A stretch of DNA of 64,000 bases from contig NZ_OZ252047.1 in the NCBI RefSeq assembly GCF_965247905.1, forward strand, positions 124,620 to 188,619, given 5' to 3'. Below are positions 55,620 through 64,000 of the stretch, in pieces. This stretch comes from Candidatus Spongiihabitans sp. (GTDB lineage: Bacteria > Pseudomonadota > Gammaproteobacteria > Arenicellales > Poriferihabitantaceae). The notes under the pieces were generated by a model. It was not told the DNA's origin and did no database searches. It saw nothing but the letters and a program-made list of their open reading frames with translations. A program made the position numbers and the translations under genes. Each line of letters starts with the position of its first letter. Positions within the stretch are counted from its first letter, which is position 1.

Positions 55620-56081
55620 ATGAAAAACGACCTGATTTGTTGGGATTCATCTGTTCTCATTGATCATATTAAAGGAGACGACAAGGACAGAATAAAAAAC
55701 ATAAATATGGTTGTTGAAAGCATGGAACAAGGCCGTCACAGGCTGGTTGTTTCCACGCTGGTTTATGCAGAAGTGCTTGAAAGCGCAATGCCTGACGGAG
55801 CTATTGAGAAATTTCGGCACTTTATGCAAAACAGAGAAAAGATAGAAATAGTCGCTGTTGATATTCGCGTTGCTGAAAAAGCCCAGGCAATACGCAACCG
55901 TAGCCGTAAATCAATATCTACGCCTGATGCCATTCATGTTGCAACGGCAATTGTCAGCAGGGCGAAGGTGTTCCATACATTCGATAAGAGTCTACTTTCG
56001 CTGAATGGGAAAGATGTAGTGGAAGGACTTGCGATAACAGCCTGCGAAATTTCGGGAATGTCTGCCTCACTGTTCGATTAA
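55620..56081 (+). CDS. PIN-domain (VapC-like) toxin
   Basis: WDSSVLI, STLVYAEV, TPDAIHVATA, TFD. Confidence 0.85.
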   Translation: MKNDLICWDSSVLIDHIKGDDKDRIKNINMVVESMEQGRHRLVVSTLVYAEVLESAMPDGAIEKFRHFMQNREKIEIVAVDIRVAEKAQAIRNRSRKSISTPDAIHVATAIVSRAKVFHTFDKSLLSLNGKDVVEGLAITACEISGMSASLFD

Positions 56082-56088
56082 CTGATTC

Positions 56089-56225
56089 ATGCAATTCAAA
56101 AACTACCAACAACAAACCCTTGAACACTTAGACCGCTGGCTGGATGCGCTCAAAGATGCACAATCGAAAAACGAAAAAGTGGCTACGGCAAGACATTACT
56201 CGGCGTTGCCGAACTGTCGGAGAGG
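56089..56225 (+). pseudogene. Eroded type III Res (DEAD/DEAH helicase) gene
   Basis: MQFKNYQQQTLEHLDRWLDAL N-terminus joined out of frame to GKTLLGVA (Walker A remnant) at ~56188. Confidence 0.6.
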
Positions 56226-56407
56226 TGTGCATCGCGGCAATGTATCTGGGATTGATGGGAGTGTCCAGTGGCGAGGTGGGTGGCGGTGGCAAGATGGGGG
56301 AGCATTAAAGCGGTCAAGGTAGTATATTTGCGCGTTGCTTTTAGTCCTGCAAATTTCATATTGCTTTGTTGGACTTTTGTTGGGAAAACCTCGTTGAGAC
56401 TACAACC

Positions 56408-59400
56408 ATGCCGACTATCTACGACAACATTGATGAAAAGTTGCTTGATGGCTTGAAGAACGCCCTGACGGTCGCTGAGCGCGGCGATTTTTGCGTTGGC
56501 TATTTCAACCTGCGTGGCTGGAAATGCATCGCGAAGGAAGTGGATACGCTTCCCAAACAAGAAGGCATCTCGCCTTGTCGTTTGATTGTTGGTATGAACA
56601 TCGATGTCAACCGCACCGTGCGCCGTTACTACAACCACGAGAGCAAAGATACCTCAAGTAAAGTTGTATTTGACCGTAAAAAGCAATTTGCTCTGTCTCT
56701 TGCACGGCAACTGACATTTGGAACACCGACTGCGAACGATCAAGTCGGTTTGAAACAATTAGCAACGCAATTAAGAAAACAGCAACTCCAAGTCAAATTT
56801 TTTGGTCGTTACCCGCTACACGCCAAACTCTACCTCGCCCATCGCGATGACAAGATCAACCCGATCATCGGCTATGTTGGCAGCAGCAACCTGACCCTTG
56901 CGGGTTTGGAAAAACAAGGCGAATTAAATGTTGATGTGCTGGACAAGGATGCCGCCGAAAAATTGGCGAAATGGTTTGAAGAGCGATGGGATGATAAATG
57001 GTGTCTTGATATTACCAACGATCTCGCCGACATCATTGAGAGTAGTTGGGCGGGCGGACCCATTGACCCTTACTACATATACATTAAAACCGCCTACGAA
57101 CTTTCCAAAGAAGCCATTGAGGGCGCGCGCGAATTCAAGGTGCCGAGCGACTTCGACAAGGTAATGCTGGAGTTTCAGAAGCAGGCAGTGTCACTTGCCG
57201 CTGAACGATTGAGTCGTCACCACGGTGTCATCATCGGCGATGTGGTGGGGCTGGGCAAAACACTGGTTGCGAGCGCTGTTGCAAAAACTTTTCAGCAAGA
57301 CCATGGCGATAATGTTCTCGTTATATGCCCGCCCAAACTGGAAAAAATGTGGAATGATTACCTACACAAATACACGATTGCCGGAGAAACACTTTCAACC
57401 GGCAAGACTCACCGTTTGTCTGATATGAGGCGTTTCCGTCTCGTGGTGATTGATGAAAGTCATAACCTGCGCAATCGCGACTCCAAACGTTACGCTCATA
57501 TCCATGACTATATTCGTGAAAATGAATCCCGCGTCATCCTGCTGACGGCAACGCCCTATAACAAACAATTCACCGACATCGGCAATCAGTTGCGCCTGTT
57601 CGTGGAAGCCGATGCCGACCTCGGCATAAGACCAGAGGGGTATATCGACTCCCTTAATGGCATTAACTTTTTCAAGGAAAAACATACCAACACTCTTGCC
57701 ACATCTCTGGCAGCGTTTGAGCATAGTGAGTCAGCCGATGACTGGCGCGAGTTGATGCGTATGTATATGGTGCGAAGAACCCGCAGCCACATAAAAGAAA
57801 ACTACGCAGAATATGACGAAGACAGAAAGCAACATTACTTGCTCTTTGATAACGGCGAGCGGTTTTATTTTCCGCACCGGACACCGAAGTGCGCCAAATT
57901 TAGTTTGGATGAATCTGATGGCAAAGATCAATACGCGCTGCTTTATTCCGAATCCGTTGTTGAGATAGTCAGCGGACTTAAACTGCCTCGTTACGGCATT
58001 GGAGAATATCTTTTAAGCAAGTATCAGGCCGATTCTCTACCTGATGAGTTAGACGAAGAAAAGCAAAAAATCATAAAAAACTTGAGTCGCGCAGGGAATC
58101 GATTGGTTGGTTTTGCCAAATCCGGTTTGTTCAAACGACTGGAAAGTTCCGGGCCCGCCTTCTTGCTTTCAGTCAAAAGACACATCGTTCGCAACGCGGT
58201 GTATCTGAGTGCGTTGGAGCAAGACGGTGCTTTCCCGATTGGCGATATATTCAGCGAACTTACGGATGAAACCGTGGAAGAAAGAGAGCCCGATCTATTG
58301 AATCAGGAAATGTTGGAGAAAAATTCAATAGAGTTCTTTCTCGAAGCAGGGCGTAATGTCTATAAAAAGTTATCCGATAAAGGCAGGGAGTGGTATCGCA
58401 AGTTTAATTGGATAGAAACCAATTTTTTTAAGGATCCGTTGCGCGATGCCTTGCGACATGATTGTGAGGCTTTGCTGGAAATCCTAAACAAAATACCGCA
58501 ATGGGATGTCGATGCCGACCGTAAATTGGCAGAACTCGCTCGTTTATGCAAGGAAGAACATCTCCATGACAAACTGCTGATTTTCACTCAGTTCAAAGAT
58601 ACCGCCGACTATCTCCATCGGGAATTGAAAAAACAGAAAGTTGATGGGCTTGCCATGGTGTTTGGTGGTATGGATGACATATCCAACTATGTAAAACGAT
58701 TTAGCCCCACTTCCAATGATGAACAATCTGGCAGGATCGATGAGTTGCGTGTGTTGATTACCACCGACACCTTGAGCGAGGGGCAGAACCTCCAGGATGC
58801 GCACATCGTGGTCAATTTTGATTTGCCCTGGGCAATCATTCGCCTGATACAACGAGTTGGCCGAGTTGACCGGATCGGACAAAAGGCAAAGGAAATTTTG
58901 TGCTACTGCTTTTTGCCGGAAGACGACATTGAGAAAGTGATAAAGTTGCGCGAGCGTTTGGACCAGCGAATGAGGCAGGCCGCCGAAGTGGTTGGCACGG
59001 ATGAAAGTTTCTTTGAAGGCGATACCATTAACCTGGAGCACGTGTATAACCAAACCATCAGTCTCGAAGAGCAAGAAGATGAAACCGATTTAATTTCTCG
59101 TGCCTACGATATTTGGCGGCAAGCAATAAAAGACAACCCGAAACTGGAAAAGAAAATTAAAGAACTGCCCCATGTGGTGTATTCCGCCAAGCATGCGGAC
59201 GACCAGAAAGACGGCGCGATTGCCTATATCAAAACCAGCAACAATCAACACCTTCTGTTGCAGTTGAATCAAACCGGCGAGGTGGTTTCACAATCTCAGT
59301 CTAAAATCCTGGGTTATCTCGCCTGCGAACCGAATGAACCGCTTGCTCCACCGGCGCAAAATCATCACGAGCTGGTTGATGCTGCAATAAGCCATATCAA

Positions 59401-59731
59401 GCAAGGGCAAGCCGAATTCGGCGGACAACTGGGTGGAACCAGAAGCATCCGTAATAAACTCTACAGCAAGTTGAATTTTATTAAGGAGCAGATAGAAGGA
59501 ACGCTTTTTGAATCGCCAACACTAAAAGCAGTGATTCAGCAGATTCATGATCATCCGCTCAAGGAAACCGCCCGGGACCGGCTTGCGCGCCAGTTGCGCA
59601 CCCATATTTCCGATGAAGATTTGGTACGGATGGCGGAAAATTTTTACGATGCCGATGATCTGTGTGCCACACCCAAAGAAGGCGAACCGATTGAATCGAG
59701 CATTATTTGCTCCATGGGGCTAATCAAATGA
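56408..59731 (+). CDS. PLD-nuclease / SNF2-type helicase fusion
   Basis: LHAKLY...GSSNLT (PLD), GDVVGLGKT, DESH, LTATP, SEGQNLQ, QRVGRVDRIGQ; ATG 56408. Confidence 0.88.
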   Translation: MPTIYDNIDEKLLDGLKNALTVAERGDFCVGYFNLRGWKCIAKEVDTLPKQEGISPCRLIVGMNIDVNRTVRRYYNHESKDTSSKVVFDRKKQFALSLARQLTFGTPTANDQVGLKQLATQLRKQQLQVKFFGRYPLHAKLYLAHRDDKINPIIGYVGSSNLTLAGLEKQGELNVDVLDKDAAEKLAKWFEERWDDKWCLDITNDLADIIESSWAGGPIDPYYIYIKTAYELSKEAIEGAREFKVPSDFDKVMLEFQKQAVSLAAERLSRHHGVIIGDVVGLGKTLVASAVAKTFQQDHGDNVLVICPPKLEKMWNDYLHKYTIAGETLSTGKTHRLSDMRRFRLVVIDESHNLRNRDSKRYAHIHDYIRENESRVILLTATPYNKQFTDIGNQLRLFVEADADLGIRPEGYIDSLNGINFFKEKHTNTLATSLAAFEHSESADDWRELMRMYMVRRTRSHIKENYAEYDEDRKQHYLLFDNGERFYFPHRTPKCAKFSLDESDGKDQYALLYSESVVEIVSGLKLPRYGIGEYLLSKYQADSLPDELDEEKQKIIKNLSRAGNRLVGFAKSGLFKRLESSGPAFLLSVKRHIVRNAVYLSALEQDGAFPIGDIFSELTDETVEEREPDLLNQEMLEKNSIEFFLEAGRNVYKKLSDKGREWYRKFNWIETNFFKDPLRDALRHDCEALLEILNKIPQWDVDADRKLAELARLCKEEHLHDKLLIFTQFKDTADYLHRELKKQKVDGLAMVFGGMDDISNYVKRFSPTSNDEQSGRIDELRVLITTDTLSEGQNLQDAHIVVNFDLPWAIIRLIQRVGRVDRIGQKAKEILCYCFLPEDDIEKVIKLRERLDQRMRQAAEVVGTDESFFEGDTINLEHVYNQTISLEEQEDETDLISRAYDIWRQAIKDNPKLEKKIKELPHVVYSAKHADDQKDGAIAYIKTSNNQHLLLQLNQTGEVVSQSQSKILGYLACEPNEPLAPPAQNHHELVDAAISHIKQGQAEFGGQLGGTRSIRNKLYSKLNFIKEQIEGTLFESPTLKAVIQQIHDHPLKETARDRLARQLRTHISDEDLVRMAENFYDADDLCATPKEGEPIESSIICSMGLIK

Positions 59732-62700
59732 GCGAGCGAATATCCAAAACGGAATTGAATTCGCTCATCCACGGTCGTGATTTTAAGGAATTGTTTGTGG
59801 AGTTGGGCTGGGATTTGGGTAACCTGTCACCGTCGCTGCCCTTAGATTTGCCCCATAACGATACTATTCAGATCAACAGAATCGTGCAAAAGCGCGGCTT
59901 TGTTATTTGCCTCTACGATGCCGGGGAAAACTACCCGACCGAAAAAAGTCAACGGCGACAAATCGTCAACCAACTCGCACGCCACCATTACGAGCACCTA
60001 CTCATCATCTGCGGTAGTCAAGGCAAACAATGCTGGACGGTTGCTATTCGTCCGCAGAATCGACCACTGCGCACGGCGGAAGTGGAGTGGAATGAAAGTC
60101 AGGACATTCAGCCGTTGATGGAAAAACTGAACGGCATGATTTTCGACATATCCGAAGAGGAAACGCTCGGCATTACCGATGTAGTGGACCGGGTGCGAAA
60201 CGTATTTATGGAAGGCGCCGAGAAGATCACCAAAAAATTTTACGGCGAATTCCGCAAGGAGTTGTCAGCCTTTGCCGAATTCATCGAAGGCATCAGCGAG
60301 TTGGTGTCCAAGGAATGGTATGCCGCTTTGATGCTCAATCGTCTGATGTTTATCTATTTCATTCAGAAGAAACAATTTTTGAACGGCGAAGTAAATTATT
60401 TGGAGAAGCGCCTTAAACAAACGCAAGAAAAATTCGGCGCTGACAAATTCCACGACCGCTTTTATCGTCATTTTCTGGTCCATCTCTTTTCCGAAGGACT
60501 CGGCAAGCCGGAATCATCGCGCGACCCGCAAATCAAAACAATGTTGGGCCAGGTGCCATATCTCAACGGTGGATTGTTTGATGTGCATCAAATAGAGCAC
60601 GAGAATGAGAATATCCAAATTCCCGACCAGGCTTTTGAAAAACTATTCGCCTTTTTCAATCAATACAACTGGCATCTGGACAGCCGCCCGGATGCCACCG
60701 GCAAAGACATCAACCCGGATGTCATCGGTTACATCTTTGAAAAATACATCAACGACCGTGCGGCAATGGGCGCCTATTACACCCAGGAGGACATCACCGG
60801 CTATATTGCCCGCAACACGATCATTCCGTTTCTGCTGAATCGTGCGCGAGAGAAATGTAAAAACGCTTTTGATTCCGAAAATGGCATCTGGCGGTTTCTG
60901 CGTGAAAATCCTGACAACTATATCTACGATGCCGTCAAAAAGGGCGGCGATATTCCCGATGAAGAAATGCCCGAAAACATTCGGCGTGGTATGGATACCA
61001 ATCAACCCAATCTGATGGAACGAAGAAAAGATTGGAACACACCAACAGATAAAAAATTTGCGCTACCCACGGAAATTTGGCGCGAGACCATAGCCCGGCG
61101 TCAACGCTATTTTGAATTGAAAGACAAAATAAAAAACGGCGCAGTCCACGACATCGACGACCTGGTCACCTACAACTTGGATATTGAACGATTCGCCGCC
61201 GATGCACTAAGCCACTACGAAGGCTCAGATTTTATTGATGCTTTTTTTGCCGCCATCGCCGGTAAAAAAGCCTTGCGATCCAATCACCACGACCAGCGTG
61301 GCATCACGGTGCTTGATCCGGCTTGTGGGTCGGGCGCGTTTTTATTCGCCGCCTTGAACATTTTGGAACCACTTTATGGAAAGTGCATAGAGAGAATGAA
61401 GGATTTTGTAGAGGAGGACGACAAACAAATCGACCAAAAACGCAAGAGCGCGAAAAAACATCCGCATTTCCGCGCGGTTTTGGAAGACATCGCCAAGCAT
61501 CAGAACGAAACATATTGGATTTACAAAACCATCATTCTCAATAATTTATACGGCGTGGATTTGATGAACGAGGCAGCGGAGATTGCCAAGTTGCGCTTGT
61601 TTCTCAAACTAGCGGCGGAAGCAGAATATGACCCAAGCAAAAACAATCTCGGTTTGGAACCGCTACCAGATATTGATTTCAACATCCGCTCCGGCAATTC
61701 GCTGGTGGGCTTTGCCAGCATGGAAGCGTTTGAGAAATCAATAGCACCGGACAAGGGACAACAACCTATGGATTTTAGCAAAGGACTGACTGATGAAATC
61801 CGGGAAGATGCCAAGTTGGTGCAGGTCGCCAACGATGCCTTCAAGCAGGCACAGGATAGTGGCGGCGGTGAGAGTTATCAGCAAGCGAAGGGAGAACTCA
61901 GCGATCGTCTTGCCGTTTTAAATGACAAGATGAATACGCATCTTGCCAGAGAATATGGCAAAGGCGACAAGCCGGCCGATTATAAAAAATGGCAGCAATC
62001 CCACCAACCCTTTCATTGGGTTGCGGAGTTCTACGGCATCATTGAACAGGACGGTGGTTTTGATGTGGTGATCGGTAATCCGCCGTACGTGGAATACAGC
62101 AAAGTTAAGAAAACATACACGGTCAAAAACTACGAGACCGAATCGTGTGGGAATTTGTATGCTTATTTTATGGAAAGAAGTAATACACTGAATGATAAAA
62201 GCGGGTGTTTCTCTTTCATTACACAAATGGCACTTATTACTACTAAGAGAATGAAATCAATTCGAGAAATATTGCGTATTGAATATGACAAATCATATTT
62301 CATTAATTTATCTGGTGACTGGCACCCGGGAAAGCTATTCGAAAATGTCAGGAGCCAATTCACAATCTATACTGGAATACGTGTTAATGCTATTGCTAAA
62401 ACATATACGACAAATTATGTACGTTGGTTTGGACTAGAAAGATCCGATTTGTTACAAAAAATTAAATTTACAGCGAATAAACATTGCCAGTGCGAAGAAC
62501 CATATCCTAAATTTGGACATGGAGAAGATGATCGAATTTGGATGAAGGTGAAAAACAAAAAAACTCAAATAGACACTTATTTACAAAATAGAGGGCATCC
62601 TTTCTTCTATAGAAACGCTGGGCTGGCTTATTATTTGATTGCTATTAATTTTCAACAAAGATTTTTTGTCAATGATAAAAAGCAAACTTCGTCGACATTG

Positions 62701-63108
62701 AAGACATGCTTTTGCGATTCTGAATTTGTCCGAGATTGCTTAACGTGCTTGTTCAACAGTAATTTATTTTATTGGTATTTTGCATCTTATTCCGATTGCT
62801 ATCATATAACAAAATCTGATATTCACCGATTCAGATTAGATATTGACCTTAATCAGATGAACGGTTTTGTCCAAATTTGTTCTTCACTTATGATGGATAT
62901 TGATAAAAATAGCATAACAAAAGAAACATTTTATAAGTCAAGAGGGAAAATAGTATATCAAGAATTTTATCCGCGTCATTCTAAAAGCATTATCGATAAA
63001 ATTGACACCATACTTGCTGAGCACTACAACTTCACCGAAGAAGAACTGGATTACATCATCAACTACGACATTAAATACCGCATGGGGTTAGGCAATGAAC
63101 GAAGATAA
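59728..63108 (+). CDS. Large N6-adenine DNA methyltransferase (Eco57I/type IIG-like) with C-terminal target-recognition region
   Basis: PYLNGGLF, GYIFE, GAYYT, VLDPACGSGAF, GVD, VIGNPPY; ATGA overlap with the helicase. Confidence 0.88.
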   Translation: MSERISKTELNSLIHGRDFKELFVELGWDLGNLSPSLPLDLPHNDTIQINRIVQKRGFVICLYDAGENYPTEKSQRRQIVNQLARHHYEHLLIICGSQGKQCWTVAIRPQNRPLRTAEVEWNESQDIQPLMEKLNGMIFDISEEETLGITDVVDRVRNVFMEGAEKITKKFYGEFRKELSAFAEFIEGISELVSKEWYAALMLNRLMFIYFIQKKQFLNGEVNYLEKRLKQTQEKFGADKFHDRFYRHFLVHLFSEGLGKPESSRDPQIKTMLGQVPYLNGGLFDVHQIEHENENIQIPDQAFEKLFAFFNQYNWHLDSRPDATGKDINPDVIGYIFEKYINDRAAMGAYYTQEDITGYIARNTIIPFLLNRAREKCKNAFDSENGIWRFLRENPDNYIYDAVKKGGDIPDEEMPENIRRGMDTNQPNLMERRKDWNTPTDKKFALPTEIWRETIARRQRYFELKDKIKNGAVHDIDDLVTYNLDIERFAADALSHYEGSDFIDAFFAAIAGKKALRSNHHDQRGITVLDPACGSGAFLFAALNILEPLYGKCIERMKDFVEEDDKQIDQKRKSAKKHPHFRAVLEDIAKHQNETYWIYKTIILNNLYGVDLMNEAAEIAKLRLFLKLAAEAEYDPSKNNLGLEPLPDIDFNIRSGNSLVGFASMEAFEKSIAPDKGQQPMDFSKGLTDEIREDAKLVQVANDAFKQAQDSGGGESYQQAKGELSDRLAVLNDKMNTHLAREYGKGDKPADYKKWQQSHQPFHWVAEFYGIIEQDGGFDVVIGNPPYVEYSKVKKTYTVKNYETESCGNLYAYFMERSNTLNDKSGCFSFITQMALITTKRMKSIREILRIEYDKSYFINLSGDWHPGKLFENVRSQFTIYTGIRVNAIAKTYTTNYVRWFGLERSDLLQKIKFTANKHCQCEEPYPKFGHGEDDRIWMKVKNKKTQIDTYLQNRGHPFFYRNAGLAYYLIAINFQQRFFVNDKKQTSSTLKTCFCDSEFVRDCLTCLFNSNLFYWYFASYSDCYHITKSDIHRFRLDIDLNQMNGFVQICSSLMMDIDKNSITKETFYKSRGKIVYQEFYPRHSKSIIDKIDTILAEHYNFTEEELDYIINYDIKYRMGLGNERR

Positions 63109-63934
63109 GCGTCAACCTTTTTCGGTTAGACATGGTTATAAACAATCCAAGGGTATCCAATTGGAAAGCATGGATAAGGATTTACGCATTGGACTATGGA
63201 ATGCGCTTATTGACTGTTTTACAACTACTGTAAATCCATTACTTGCAGGTCTGGAACTTTTAAAGCAAAGCCACCCAATATTTAAAAATATTTGGACTAA
63301 ATTTCTGAAGTGGCCTCTTGATGAATATGTAGAGCACCATAAAATTGATAGATGTTATGGAAAAATAAAAGGCGCATTTTTGCATGAATCATGGAACAAA
63401 ATGCTTGATTTGACAGAATTTGTCATTCACTATGGCTATCCCGAAACAGAAGATTTCATAGAGCAGTGCAATATCGTATTGGAAGAAGAAAATTCCGCAT
63501 ACAAAATTGTGGGAAAATTTGTTACAGAAATTACATCACAGGAAGAAATTGAATCCATAGAAACCGCAATGGCAACGCCATTTGCGAACGCAAATGAGCA
63601 TATAGGAAACGCGCTTTCTCTTTTATCTCGTCGTGAAAACCCTGATTATGCAAACAGCATCAAGGAATCGATCAGTGCCGTGGAATCCATCGCCAAAGAA
63701 ATCACCGGAAAGAAAAGCAAATCACTTAACGCCTTAACGCAGGGATTAAACCTCCCGCCTGCATTGAAAGCCGGACTTGACGCGCTTTACAACTGGACTA
63801 GTGTAGAGGGAGGCATCCGTCACGGAGCAAGTGGTGAACAACTCGCTCCAAATAAAAACACCGCCCGGTTCATGCTGATTATCTGCTCCGCCTTCGTCAA
63901 CTACCTAACCGCTGAAAACCCGAAAAACCCCTGA
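63095..63934 (+). CDS. AbiJ-NTD4 / HEPN-like abortive-infection protein
   Basis: FSVRHGY...IQLESMDKDLRIGLWN; C-terminal NSIKESISAVES...GGIRHG. Confidence 0.7.
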   Translation: MNEDKRQPFSVRHGYKQSKGIQLESMDKDLRIGLWNALIDCFTTTVNPLLAGLELLKQSHPIFKNIWTKFLKWPLDEYVEHHKIDRCYGKIKGAFLHESWNKMLDLTEFVIHYGYPETEDFIEQCNIVLEEENSAYKIVGKFVTEITSQEEIESIETAMATPFANANEHIGNALSLLSRRENPDYANSIKESISAVESIAKEITGKKSKSLNALTQGLNLPPALKAGLDALYNWTSVEGGIRHGASGEQLAPNKNTARFMLIICSAFVNYLTAENPKNP

Positions 63935-63950
63935 AAAATACGTCATCTTT

Positions 63951-63966
63951 TGTGACTAATATCACA
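63951..63966. promoter_or_regulatory. CRP/FNR-type palindromic site
   Basis: TGTGA-CTAATA-TCACA, an exact TGTGA-N6-TCACA. Confidence 0.5.
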
Positions 63967-64000
63967 TAAAATATACGAACTGCACCCATAATACGCATTG

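Noticed and set aside
56366-63934. Calling the defence operon DISARM or BREX
   Set aside because: No DrmA/DrmB (DUF1998), PglZ or BrxC homologues are visible in the window.

Overview
A 64-kb chromosomal window from a proteobacterium. The housekeeping genes and their order look gammaproteobacterial, and the osmolyte-catabolism genes and gene decay suggest a marine, possibly host-associated organism (inference). Core genes: trpAB, metZ (behind a SAM-II-type riboswitch), sohB, glnS, metG, apbC, dcd, yccA, rppH, pmbA/tldD/nitrilase, lipA and gcvTHP. Accessory content: a surface-glycan cluster with a C19 tract that frameshifts a glycosyltransferase; an attC-flanked higBA cassette with no integrase; a trigonelline-type (tgn-like) catabolic cluster; MttB and DoeA homologues; a LysE/Lrp islet; and a defence island at the right end (type III mod, TA modules, eroded res, PLD-SNF2 helicase, large N6-MTase, AbiJ-like protein). 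The most striking non-genic feature is three 661-725 bp elements with identical 18-bp terminal inverted repeats and 8-bp target duplications. They keep only the ends of an IS1595-family transposase, and their middles are differently shuffled mosaics of GTCATT...AATCCAG palindromic repeats. Short duplications at gene starts and stops and microhomology deletions are widespread. No rRNA, tRNA or CRISPR array was recognised. All assignments come from motif recognition by eye; no database searches were run.
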